A stretch of 64,000 bases of DNA from contig JBHGNT010000011.1 in the NCBI GenBank assembly GCA_043228905.1, positions 6,696,001-6,760,000 of the forward strand, read 5' to 3'. The notes beneath the pieces were generated by a model. The model did not search any database. It saw only the letters and a list, made by a program, of their open reading frames with translations, and was not told the DNA's origin. Below, piece by piece: positions 35,903-48,800 of the stretch (within the stretch, counting starts at the first letter, position 1; each line of letters starts with the position of its first letter). The DNA comes from Azolla caroliniana (Eukaryota; Plantae; Polypodiophyta). A program made the position numbers and the translations under genes.

Positions 35903-38351
35903 CCCCATGGTCAGGAAGTAGGTCATTTCCATCAGCCACCGATCCAGAAAAGTCTTTTCCGTTCGTTCTGCTAGAGTTGCTACCCGTAGGATGTTTGCAT
36001 CTGGAAAGTCGTCGTCATCCTTCTGTGCCGTTTCTCCATTATCTAGTCTGCTCAAGAAATCTGCCACTACGTGTTGCGTACCCGAGCGGTGTTGAATTAC
36101 TACAAAATCGAATTCTTGAAGCAGTAGCATCCATCTAGCCAATTTCCCCGTCAGCGCTTGTTTTCCTACCAAATATAGCAGTGCCGAATGATCCACGCGA
36201 AATGCGAATTTCCACCATAATAGATAATGCCGGAACTTATTGATGATGTATATCATACCCAACGCCTCACGTTCCGTTGTGGAATAGTTTCGCTTCGTCG
36301 TTGACAATTTTCGACTAGCGTAGTACACTAGCCGATACCAATTTGGCTCCGTGAGCTGCATTAGCACACTACCTATTGCTATGTCTGAGGCATCTACAAA
36401 CACGTGGAATGGCTTTGCCCAAACTGGTGGTTGTACAACGAGTGCCTGCGTTAGCATTACCTTTAGCGCATCATATGCCTTCTCTTCCATAGCTGTCCAT
36501 TGGAAAGGAGTCCGATGAACAGCGACATGTAATAGTGTGGCGAAGTCCGTCAAATAGCGTATCATCTGACTGTGCCATCGTATTTGTCCCAAAAACCGCC
36601 TGAGTGCTTTCGTGTTTGTCGGTGTTTTCGCGTGAGTAATCGGGGAGATTTTATTCGGATCGACCGCTATCCCTTCCTTACTAACTATGTTGCCGAGGAG
36701 AGCCCCACTAGTAACGTTGAAGGCGCATTTGGCGGGATTCAGACTTAAGCGTGCGATTCAGCAACGCTCCAGGCAAAGTTGTAGATGCGTAAAATGGTCA
36801 GTTGTTGTCCCATATATCGCAAAATCGTCTAAAAAATCTTGCATGAAGGCTGGAATATATTCCCCAAAAATCTCTGTGATTGTCCGTTGAAATGTAGTCC
36901 GTGTTGTCTTTAGCCCGAACATCATGATGACTGCAACATAGACTCCCAAGTCTGTGATAAACGCAGTCTTCTCTTGGTCGTCGGGGTGCATGTGTACTTG
37001 GTTGTACCCACTGAAGCCATCTAAAAAGTTGTACATGTCATGCCCTGCGACAGCGTCCAGTACGCTATCGGTGAACAGTAAAGGGAATGCGTCAATAATG
37101 GTTATGACGTTCAATTTCCGGTAGTCCACGCATACACGTATTTTTCCATTTTTCTTTGGTACGACTACTATCGGGCTTAACCATGTAGCTTATTTAACTG
37201 GTCGTATGAATCCGGCCTTGACGAGTTTGTCAATTTCTTCTTTTACACGGCCCGCGTAGTTTGGGTTCATACGGTATCAACGTTGTTGGACCGGTTTTGC
37301 ATCGGTTGCTAAATTGATCTTATGTTGATAGACCTTCGGATCTAACCCCTTCATGTCCTCATGGGCCCAGGCGAACACATCTTTATATTTCCTGAGTAGT
37401 GCTATCATCGCGTCTCTCTGATCCGATAGTAATTCTCTTGCGATGGAGAGGAATCGGGGTTCCGACGCCGTACCCACATTTACTTCTTCCAAGGCTGAGG
37501 CAATGACTCGTCGTGAAATTTCCATTTCCGTCTCGAACGCTGCCCGTGCTCTGCTTAGTTCTAATATTGACTCCGGGTTTGGTTCGTAAGCCTCGTCGTG
37601 GAGCATAGAGGGCATAGCATACTCCATCGCAGTTTCGATGACAAAGATGGCGCAACCATGTGAAGCCAAAATGGGCAAGCTTCCCATTCTGAAATTCCCA
37701 ATTGTTCGCATGTCTTCGCGCTAATTACATTAACGCCCGAGCTGCCGTCGATTACGCATCTTGGGATTTCTTGACCATGTAGTATCAACTTAATAGCCGG
37801 ATTGTGGTGATCCACCACTATTGGTTGGACGCTAATGTCCGTAAAATTTGTGGCGATGCTTACTCTAGGTCTACCCGTAATCCACTCTTGCACGGCCTAA
37901 CGGAGTCGTGGGACTAGTTGCAGTAGTTTCTCCATGCCTAACGTTTATCTCACAGCCTGTTAGTGCTTGCCATATGGGATCCGGAGATGTTCCCTCTTCC
38001 TCCAATAGTTCCACCGTGTTTGCGGACTCCTTCCGCATGCATTCCATATTTGCCGCGTTTGCTTTTTCAACCCATGTTTGGGGTCTCTGATGTATCTCAT
38101 CTTGCACGACCCAATCAACATTTTTCGTTTGCTGATGTGTCGTGACTTGCTGTACTTCCGTCGTAATCGTATTGACGGCGGGCCCCTTGCCCTTGCATAC
38201 TGGGCATTGTGTAGCATAATGCCCGAGCTGTTGGCAAACAAAACAATGGACGCTAGATTCGGTCCCAGTAGGCGTGCCAAAAGTGTTACCGATTAGGAAC
38301 ACGGTCTACGGTCAGTCCTTCGATCTAGACCTCAAAGCGACTGTGTTTACA

Positions 38352-39729
38352 ATGCCCTAGGTGATTACATCAGATTCGGCCCACCCTTCGCCGCGTTGCC
38401 GAGGATCAAATACGGGTCACTCGCATGATACGCGGGAATCCTGACCACTATATTCCAATGAGATCCTCGTGTTGCATGAAGTATCCCGTGTGACAGGCGG
38501 GAATTTGTCTCTGTTTGGGCAGAAATATCTAGGAGTGCACTTGGACAAGATCATAGTAATATGCGCCCTGGCTCGCAGACGACCCATTGTACCCCACAAG
38601 GGTTCGAAAGGGATAGTTGATACGGGGGAGCGAGCAAAGCATTGACCATATGGCGGTGCGGGAAGCCGGGTAACTAGCGTGACAAGCGGGAAAACTCATC
38701 ACTATACTACAACAACAACCTAGTGTTGGAGGAAGTATCCTCTATACTACTAGTTTGGAATATGCACCGGAAATGTCGAAAAAAGGCTTGGGTTTGTCGC
38801 CAATACATGTTATGGGACGAAGTTCGTTAGTGTATGAATGGGAATACCTGTGACTGCACTCCGACGAGATCATGGTAATATATACTACAACGACATCCTA
38901 ATGTTGGAGGAAGTATCCTCCGTACTACTCATTTAGAACATGGACTAGAATGCTGAAAATGAGGTCTGGTTTCATCACCAATACACGTTATGCGACGATG
39001 TTCGTCAGCATTTGAACGGGAATACCTGTAAGTGCACTCGTACGAGATCATGGTAATATGGGCCCTGCCTCGCGGACGACCCACTGTACCCCCCCAAGGT
39101 TTCAAAAGGGGTAGAGAATTAGGAGGAGGTAGCAAAGCATTGAGCATATGACGGTGCGGGTTCCTCGTCGGCAATGTCGTGGGAGATGACATCAGATTCC
39201 CCCCACCGTTCGCGGGGATTCAACCTGGCACTATACTACAAAGACATCCTCGCGTTGGAAGAGTATCCACCGTACAACTTGTTGAGAGCATAGACCGTAA
39301 TGTAAAAAACGAGGCCCGGTTTCATTGCTAGTACAAGTGATGCAACGTAATTCGTCCACGTTTGGGTAGGAATATCCAGTTGTGCACTCTAAGTATATCA
39401 TGGTAATATGTGCCCTACCTCACAAAAGACCCATTGTACCCCACAAGGGTTCGAAAGGGGTAGATGATCAAGGGGAGCGAGCAAAGCATTGAGCATACGA
39501 TAGTGCGGGACACTCAGAAATAATGCCCTAGGAAATGACATCAAATTTGCCCTGCCCTTCGCCCCATTGCGGAGCATCAAACCCGGAATATTGACCACTA
39601 TATTTCAACGACATCCACGTGTTGGAGGAAGTATCATGCGTACTACATGTTCGGAATATGGATCGGAATGTCAAAAACGAGGCCCGGTTTTGTCGCGAAT
39701 ACACGTTATGCGAAAAGGTTCGTCACCGT
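38352..39729 (-). repeat. tRNA-Asp tandem array, segment 2 (one near-full copy ~38391-38462 plus internally deleted copies)
   Basis: Same unit motifs as segment 1; partial tRNA copies at ~38665-38718, ~39208-39245 and ~39561-39612. Confidence 0.85.
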
Positions 39730-42700
39730 TGTCGTAGTGGAAATCGTACACTATGAGAAAATTGCATTTTTGGTCTCTCCAGAGGGGACGAAGCAATACT
39801 GGGAAGAGACGGATAAAGAAGGCCGCTGAGAGTCAGTAAGAACCGGATGAAGAGTACCCGATCAGAACCGGACAAAGCAAGCTTGTAACCGCCGCCTGTG
39901 GCGAAGATAGCAAGCTTGAGGTCGTGGCCTTGGTGCTTTCTTATTGTACATTCTGACATAGCGATAGTTTGCGGTCTGTGGGCTGCCGTGGTTTTTCCAA
40001 GTTTGGGTTTTCCACGTAAACATCTTGTGTACTCTTCTCTCTATCGTGTTGTGTTTCATTCCCTGTTTTCTGTGTTTTATTCTAGGCTCGGTTGTGGCCA
40101 AGCGTTGTTCAAAGGGAGCGTGTAGTTCCTGTCAAGAAGTAAGGCGGGACCCTGAACCGAGGAACGTGAGAGAGAGAGAGAGAGAAAGAGAGAGACTCAC
40201 AGAAACACAGAAACACTGAAAATGAAAGATTCGAATCCTATAACAATGTAGATTACAACTTGCAAAGTTACAACCAGCAAGTGGGTGATAAACTAGACAC
40301 TGACGAATGCACGCCCTGAAAGATGTGGTGGAGCCTCTACCGGAAGCACACAGGCTTTCACGCAGCAGAAGCAACGAACCTAACCAAAATCCCTATAGAA
40401 GCGACACCGGTGGTGGAGGAGAGAGCTTTGTTCCCAGTCTGACAGCACTTCATCGTCTCAGAATGCGATGCCTATTCAAGCCCCTTCCCTCTCCCTTTAT
40501 AGCTCTAGGAGAGAACCATTTACAGACCGTTAAATTCTTGTTATTCTCCTTGATTCCCTACTTAAAGAACTAGTGCTACCTAGGATAGTTATATCTCCGG
40601 CCTATACTTAACTATGTATATAAATCTATTAGAACATGTGCTCATGTGTAAGGGCCGGTTCACGCATATCATCCACTGATTTCTCCTAGGGACGGTTTTC
40701 TCCACGACATTCGCTCCCACCTAACCGCGCATCCTCCGGTATGCACTAGAATAGACTTCCGTCGGAGAGGACCCGCCCGCGATTATCTTTCGTTCTCCAT
40801 TTCGTCACCTGCCCTGAACCGATCGTCATCGCCATCCATGCCCTCTGGTTCTGGTTCGTCCGGCCTCTTGCCGCTTCTTGAACGCCTTGATCCTCTTTCT
40901 AGCCAGCGGCATAGCTATCCTCATTCCGTCGAGTTCTACGAGGTGGTAGGTGCCGTTGTCAGTGCCACTTGTCACCGCGTAAGGCCTGAACCACCTCCTT
41001 ACAAACTTCCGTATCGCCTTGTGCTGGTTGTAGAGGCTACTATCGTAGACCAGAACCCAGTCGTCTTCCTGGATTTTCTTTGGTCATAGTCGGTGAGTCC
41101 GGTCGAATCGCCCGCTGTTCTCTGTCCTTGCCGTTTGCAGCTTCGCCGACGCCCATTCTACATCCTCCGATCTTCGCTCGAGCTGCTGGATTTGCGTCGC
41201 TAACAGCTCCTCCCAGCTCATCTCATCTCTCCGGTCTACCACGGCCCACGAGGAGATCGTTCGTTCCATCGGCATGACCGGCGTCTGCCTGTACATAAGC
41301 TCTACCGGCATGAACCCGGTTACTGAACTATGCGTAGTTCGGTCTGCCCAGAATACGACTTGGCCTCCGTAGGCTCGTACAACCACCTTTACAATTGTCC
41401 CATTTCCACGTTCCACCTTCCCGTTTGCCTCCGGGTTGTACGCCGTAGTGAGGGAGAGCCTGACCCCTGCCCAGTCGAACAACTCTTGGGCTTCCTGCGC
41501 GTCCAACTCCCCTCGATTTGCCACGATCTTCCCTACACACTCGTACCGACATACCACCTCCTCAATCAGGAATCAGCACACCGTTGCAGTCGTCTTATTC
41601 TATAGTGAGCGGCCCTCCACTTGGTTCGTCAAGTCTTCTCGCGCCAACACCAAGTACTGCATCGTCACTATATCCACCATCTACTTGAAGTGGATGGTCG
41701 ACGGGTAAGTCGGATGCAGCTCATCCCGATGTCGGACTATGGAGTGCATCTGACAACTTTCGCAAGTTGTTATGAACCGATGCACGTCCCGGTATAGTCC
41801 CGGCCACCAATACTTCTTCTTCAGCTTCTTGAATGTGGCCCATGTCCCCCTGTGCCCGGCCCAAGGACTCTCGTGATACGCTGTTAGCAAGGCTTCCTGC
41901 TCTTCCTTCCTAGCCACCACCCGGAGTGGGACTCCATCTCGCTTCTTCGGGTGCTTCCATATGCTTCAATCTCGCAGGAAGAACCAATACGCTTTCTTCC
42001 GGATCCGGTTAGTCTCTTCCCTCGTCCATGCCGCTCCTAGCGTCATCGTCTTTTGGAACCCACCGATTTGGAGCCACTCCCCGTCATACCTGCTCTCGTT
42101 GAACTCATTAAGCATCGGAGTGCTCCCGGCCTTTGCCGCTATGCGAGCTGTCTTGAAGAAGTACTAACCAACTTCTTCGTTCTCCAAAACCATGCCGTCT
42201 TCGTTGTCGAACCGTGCTCTTGAAAGCATATCGACCATGGTGTTGTCCTTACCGGAGATGTGTCATATCTCCGGATTTAGAGACTTGATGTATGCGATCC
42301 ACCTAAGCATTGCAAGGTCCCGACTCGCGCATCCGGAAATCATACCGAGATTTGGTAGGTAATCCGTTTCGATTATTACTTCTGTCCCAATTAGATAGTC
42401 CTTGTCTGCCTTGTCTGCCGAAACGATACCCCATAGTTCACGCTTGACTTGGGCGTATCCTCATTGTCGCTTGCTCAATACCTTCGCCCCGAATCGGATC
42501 GGGAACCGCACGCCGCTCTCGTCCTCCTGATTGATCACCCATCCGATCCTGGTCGAGCTTGTGTCTACGGTTACGTAGACGGGGACCTTCTTGCTGTAGA
42601 CCGCCTTCTGGAGAGCTGGTGCCGTGGTAAGCATCTCTTTTAATCTCCGGATTGATTCCATATGTTCCTCACTCCATTCGAATTTTCGCCCTTTTTTAAG

Positions 42701-45700
42701 CAATCTGTAGAGCGGTTCCGCGACGTGTGCGTAGTGCAGGATCCAAATGTGATAGAACGCACATGCCCCTAGGAATCTCCGCACCTCCGCAACCGACTTG
42801 CATTCTTCGTTCATTGCGGAGATGGCCTCTACCTTTGCCGGAGACGGTTTCCGGCCGTAAGGCCCGCACAGGTGACTGACCACAACGATCTTTGGCTGCC
42901 CAAAAGCCGACTTCTCTCCGAAAAGGGAGAGCCGCGCACCCCCTAGTCTTTGCAGTACCTTATCCTCAATGTGGTGCGTCACGAATCTTCAGCATCTGTC
43001 CGACCCAACCGTCTCGTCCTTATCCTCCACCGGGCACCCCTTTATCGGTATATTGTCCAGACACAGCATGGTGATGTCTGGGATGCAGTCCCTCAGCACC
43101 TTCTTCATCGTATTCACCATGTGCGCCACTGAGTTTGTCCCTCCCTGCGGCAAGGTACACATCCGCACTAATCCGAGAGGTGTCTGCATCGTAATGACAT
43201 CCCTACTCTCCTCGACTAGTTGGAACTGATCGTACCCTGAGTATAGATCCCCGACCGAATAGATCAACCTCCCGGCAAAGGCCTCTGCAAACTCGTCGAT
43301 CGTCGGTCCGACTCCTGCGTTCCGAATGGTCACTTTATTGACCGGCTGCAGGTCCTACATGAAGCGCAACATGTCGTTCTTCTTAGCCACAGTAAACCAC
43401 CGATTTGAGTATGTGGCACTCGACGGTTCGAGGATGCCCATCTCCACCTTCTGCTTTAGCAGCTCCATCAGCTTCGGGATGTGAGCTCTGGGTACTGGAA
43501 TAGGTTTGAGATTCCACGGCACATGCGGTATTGTAAAAATAACCATCGGCTCAATGACCGTCGGGTCCACGCACCCAATCTCTCCCGGTGAGAATGCGAA
43601 GGCCTTCCTGTGCCTTCCGAGTATTCTCCGAAACCGTTCCTCCTCTGCCGGCAGTAGAAAGCCACCCCCACCAACTTTGAGCTCCTATAACATTGTGTTG
43701 GTGAACCGGTCGGATCCCATAGACTCGAGTCCGACGCGACCCCTTTCATCCGTAACCTGTTGCCCTCCGGCAAGGGTGCAACGACTAGCCTCACCTTCCA
43801 GTCCACAATCTTGTACCTTATATGCACGCAAGCTGTCCGATCCGACTTGAGCCTTTCCCCGAAGTCAGTAATGACTCCGTACATCTCCACCGACTTAACC
43901 AGAATCATCCGATCTTCATTGAGGCCTTCATCGATCACCTTCCCAATTTCCTCGAGGGTGTCATTGAAAGAGACCGCCTCCACAGCGCCACTAATTTCCT
44001 CATCGAGGTCGAGGACTCCACGTATCCTGAGTCGTTCCTCCGCCCACTTCTTCTCCCAGCCAATGATGTCGGCTATCGTACAACCTCTGCTATTGGAGAA
44101 CCAAAACTTCCAGCCTATGGTACATGTGTGGGGATCCTCCAAGGTGTCTAGACTATCGCGGCCCCACGCCTTGATAGCCCTCTCTAAAAATCCCCTCTGC
44201 TTTCGCCACTGAGGGTCTCGCGATTGCGCTCATGGTTCGGTCGCACGGTCAGGAATTAGATGGAGTGTCGTCCATCTTGGCTCTTCACGCGTGCGTATGC
44301 CGAACCATTATCCATCACTTTCGTCTCTATACGTGTTGCTGTAATGTACGGCTCTCCGAGTATCACCGGATGCAAGGATGTCTCCTGCACGAAGAATTGT
44401 TGGTCGATCTCGACATCACCGATTTTCACTCGCACATTCGGGCAGGCCCCATGTAGTTCTTCTGTGGCACGCTTCGCTGCTCGTATTTCCCACCCGTGCT
44501 TGGTGTTAATCGGCCACTTGCCTTTCTTGTAGAAGTCCATAGACATCAGGTTGATTTCCAAACCGTGGTCTACTAATGCTACCACCGGCTCCTGGACGTC
44601 CCCGATCCTAACCGGGGTCTCCGTAGTGGCTCTTGCCCAGTGCAACTTTGAATAGTGGCTTTCCACCAACTCTTCTTTCAGGGCCATGTCTTCTAGGTGC
44701 GTCGTTCGCACATCTACCGGCCTCTCTAGCTCCGGCTCTGTCGAAAGTCTCTTCTGCTTCACCAAGTCCACGATGGAGTCATGGAATTCTTTCTTGGCGA
44801 TCCTAAGCACTTCCCTCAGTGACAACTCTACCTTGTTGTTAAGGATTCGTTCCTCAAGGACCTTTTGTAGGTTCGTCGTTCTTTCTATCTCGGGGCTCAA
44901 CCGGTAGTCGGCTTTCTTTGCTTTATCCGGTGTGCCGGCAGCACCGGCGTCATTCTACTTCGGCCTGAATCGGGTCTCGTACCGTTGTGAAGATCCGGCC
45001 CCTCCAGCCTTCCCCGCACGCTTGTCTTCTACCAAGACCTCGTAGTTCTGGCACGTGGCTTCCACAAAGCTAGTCTTTTCTTTGACCAGATCGCTCCACC
45101 CGGTGACCTCCTGGATCCGCCTTTCTGCACGGTCCGCTTCCTCCCTTCTCAACCGTATGCTGGCGAGGCCTTCTAGAACCACCGGCCAGAACCCGGAGTC
45201 TTTCGTCTTCCAGGCTTCGTCACTCTCGACCCAGATTCCTGCCGACACCAAGTAGTGGATGGTCTCCGTGTGGCGCACCGCCGCTTCTTCCATCAGTCTC
45301 TTCATCCCTCCTCGTCCGATATTCAGCTCCAGGGCTCTCCGGGTCTTGCTAGCGTGCACCCTTCCGTTCCATAGGTAGACCACATTAGCCCTTATTTCTT
45401 CTGCGAAGTCCACGCAGTTCTTCCGGACGTGACCGACCGCGTCACACCACAAGCACTGATGTCCACCCAGAGGCCTTTGGTCGCGAGGTTGCTCGCCACC
45501 ATCCGTCCTCGCTAGTGCAATCTAGAGGTCTCGTACCATCTGCGTCAGCTCCTCCAGAGCCGCTCCGCCGGACGGCCCCTTGACTAAACCGGACAAGCCT
45601 CTCTCAAGCCAACCCCGGGTTTCCTCCTTGCGCACCGGTGGGGGTCCCTCGAGGTTTCTCACTGAAACCCCTCCTGCCTCCGACGAGCCCTTGTCGACCC

Positions 45701-45863
45701 ACTCACACTGTTTTTCGAAACGGCCGCAGACCTCCTTCACCATGGCCCAGTCGGTCGTCAACCCATCATCCGTCTCCAGCAGGAGACCCACTTGCTCCCG
45801 ATCCCTCACATCCATAGCTTTGACAAATAAAAGGACATGAATCATGTCCAGTACGGTCCTGTC

Positions 45864-48800
45864 TGTTAAGAAAACGTGAGGAAGGCACTCGGGCTCTTCT
45901 TATGTGCGCGGCGGATCGTGGTGTGCTAGATCGTTTAGTGCTCAAACACAGAAGGGAAGGGGGAAGGAGACTTACCTCTGTAGTAGCCAAAACTTCTTCT
46001 ATTTCATTATACGCGGAGCTCTACTTGCTCTCGTCTGTTTCTCTCTTTTGCTCTCACTCTCTAAGTTCTTTCTTTCTATCCTCACACTCTCTCTCAGAGT
46101 TCTACTTCCTATATCTCTTACTTACCTACTCTCTTACTTTTTACCTAAGTAATAAGTTACTTACGTACGCAACTAATTAGCTGTCAGTCGCTAAATAGTT
46201 GTCAGTAGCTAATTAGCTGTCAGTAGCTAATTAGTTGTCAGTAGCTAATTAGCTGTTTCTCCTTTATGTTCACAAGTAGCTAAATAGCTACTATAGCTTA
46301 TTTCCTAATAAGCATCACATACCATGTTGAGCTTGCTTCTCAACACTTCTCAACTTATCATTTCTTGGGGTTATCTACCACTTCTTTTCCATGATGCTTT
46401 TCAGCCATCATATCAGTGTCTACAACTCCCATCATGTTCCGAAACTGTGTATGCTTTTCCACACTCAATCCCTTTGTGAGAATATCAACAACCTGCTGAT
46501 TTGTATTCACATACACCAGATCAACTTCTCCTTCAATCACTTTTTCTCTAACAAAGTGATAATGCACTTAAATGTGCTTTGTTCTTGCATGGAACACTTG
46601 GTTTTTTGCAAGCTGAATGTTGCTCATATTGTCACACCAGATTGTGACAGTACCATGTATATACTCTCCCAAATCAGCAAGCAATCTTCTGATCCATACC
46701 TCTTCACAAGTGGCTATGGCAGCTCCTCTGTACTCAGCTTCAGTACTAGACAATGCAACAGTAGCCTGTTTCTTGCTACTCCATGAAATACCTGCACTTC
46801 CCAATGTAAACATATATCCACTTGTGGATCTTCTATCTGTTTGGCTTCCAGCCCAATCAACATCTATATATCCTTCCAGATTTATGTCCAAATCAGCCCT
46901 GTAAAACAATCCATAGTTCTGAGTAGCTTTTACATACCTCAGAATTCTTCTAATGCAGTCCAAATGCGGTTTTGTTGGCTGTTGCATAAATTGGCTGACT
47001 AATCCAACTGCATAACTCAAATCAGGTCTTGTTATGGTCAAATAAATAAGGTTGCCCACCATAGACCTGTACATGTTTACATCTTCTATTTTGGCTCCCA
47101 AATCAGCCCTCAATTTGCAGTTTTTATCTAGTGGTACTCCAATAGGTTTGCATCCAAGCATACCATACTTTTTCAACATAGTTGTTGCATATTGTCTTTG
47201 CAACACATATATACCACTTTCAGATCTGATGATTTCAATACCCAAAAAATATCTCAGATCTCCCAAATCTTTCATATGAAATTTCATTTCCAAATTTCTT
47301 TTCAGCTTACTTATTTCATCCATGGAATCACCTCCAATGAAGAGATCATCAACATAAATCAGAATCACAACAATACAATCATCTTTCCTTTTAACATACA
47401 ATGATGAATCAGCCTTTGACATTTTGAAGTCAAGTTTTTTCAGATAATCTGAGAGTTCTCTGTGTCATGCTCTTGGTGCCTGTTTCAGTCCATAGAGAGC
47501 CTTTTTCAGCTTACATACATAATCTAGATGCTTCCTATCTTCAAAACCTGGTGGTTGACACATATACACTTCTTCTTCCAAGTTACCATGTAAAAAGGCA
47601 TTTTTTACATCCATATGATGAAGAAACCATCTTCTGGCTGCACCTACAGCCAGTAATGTCCTCAATGTTGCCATCTTTGCAACCGGAGCAAATGTCTCAT
47701 CATAATCAATTCCTTGCATTTGGGCATATCCCTTTGCAACCAATCTTGCTTTATGTCTACTTACATTCCCACTGGAATCGTGCTTTGTCTTGTAGACCCA
47801 TTTGCAACCTACCACATTTTTTTCTTTTGGTAACTTCACCAAATCCCATGTTCTGTTTTCAGCCAATGCATCAATCTCTTCTTGCATTGCATCCGCCCAT
47901 TTCTTCTCAGTTTTAGCCTCATCAAAACTACTTGGATTAGGGATTTGTACCACCTTAGACATATATGCATAATGCATAGCCATATATGTATCATAACCAA
48001 ATCTTTCAACAGTTTTTTTCTCTCCATCTGATCTTCTCAGTTTCTGATTTGCATCCTTCAATGCTTTTTCCATACCAGGGATTTTCAATCCTCTTATACC
48101 AAGAAGATCATCCAATGACATATCTGAATCCTCATCGTCCATGTTTTTAGACAAGTCATCCAACATTTCATACTCTGGCATTTTCTGTTTTCCTTTTTTA
48201 TCATCACATTTTTTGTGTCCTCCACTTTTTCCACTCCAAGAATTCGAATCAGATTTACCATCTGAGCTTTTTGATGGTCCCGAACATTCTGTTGATGTTG
48301 GACTTTGCTGTCCAACCTTGCTTCCATTTTTGTGGCAGTCTTCTACATTTTCAGATTTGTCTCTGTCTTCAATCTCATTGTCTTCATCAGTCTCTGGATT
48401 CTGTTTTGGACTATACCAGCTGGCTAACTCATCAAAGATTACATCCCTACTTGTCACAATCTTCTTTGTTACAGGGTTATAGCATCTATACCCTTTTTCT
48501 TCTTCTGAATAGCCAACAAAAATACATTTTTCTGCCTTTGGATCCAACTTACTTCTTACTTCTGCAGGCACATGTGCATATGCAAGGCATCCAAACACTT
48601 TTAAGTGTTCTAAACTAGGTTTCCTTCCATAGAAACACTCTTCAGGAGTTGTTTCATGTACTCCCGATGTTATACATCTATTTAGAATATAATTTGCTGT
48701 ATTTACAGCTTCTGCCCAATAGTACAATGGCATATTCTTCTCTGTCATCAAAGCCCTTGCAATGTTCACCAATGTTCTGTTTTTCCTCTCAGCAACTCCA

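Larger units (their letters stand above)
28423..38351 (-). mobile_element. Element H: decayed non-chromoviral Ty3/gypsy, interrupted by J
   Basis: LTR remnant 38284-38351, tRNA-Arg-like PBS TGGCACGCCTACTGGGAC, CCHC (CFVCQQLGHYATQC), protease (DGSSGVN), RT 37130-36600 and RNase H to 35903. It resumes at 30646 (GLPPPQLR...) with integrase to 29394, then the accessory ORF 28920-28490. Confidence 0.85.

Noticed and set aside
40222-40242. B-box-like GATTCGAATCC in the E LTR
   Set aside because: No A box or tRNA-like arms at the expected distance, so it was not counted with the other LTR modules.
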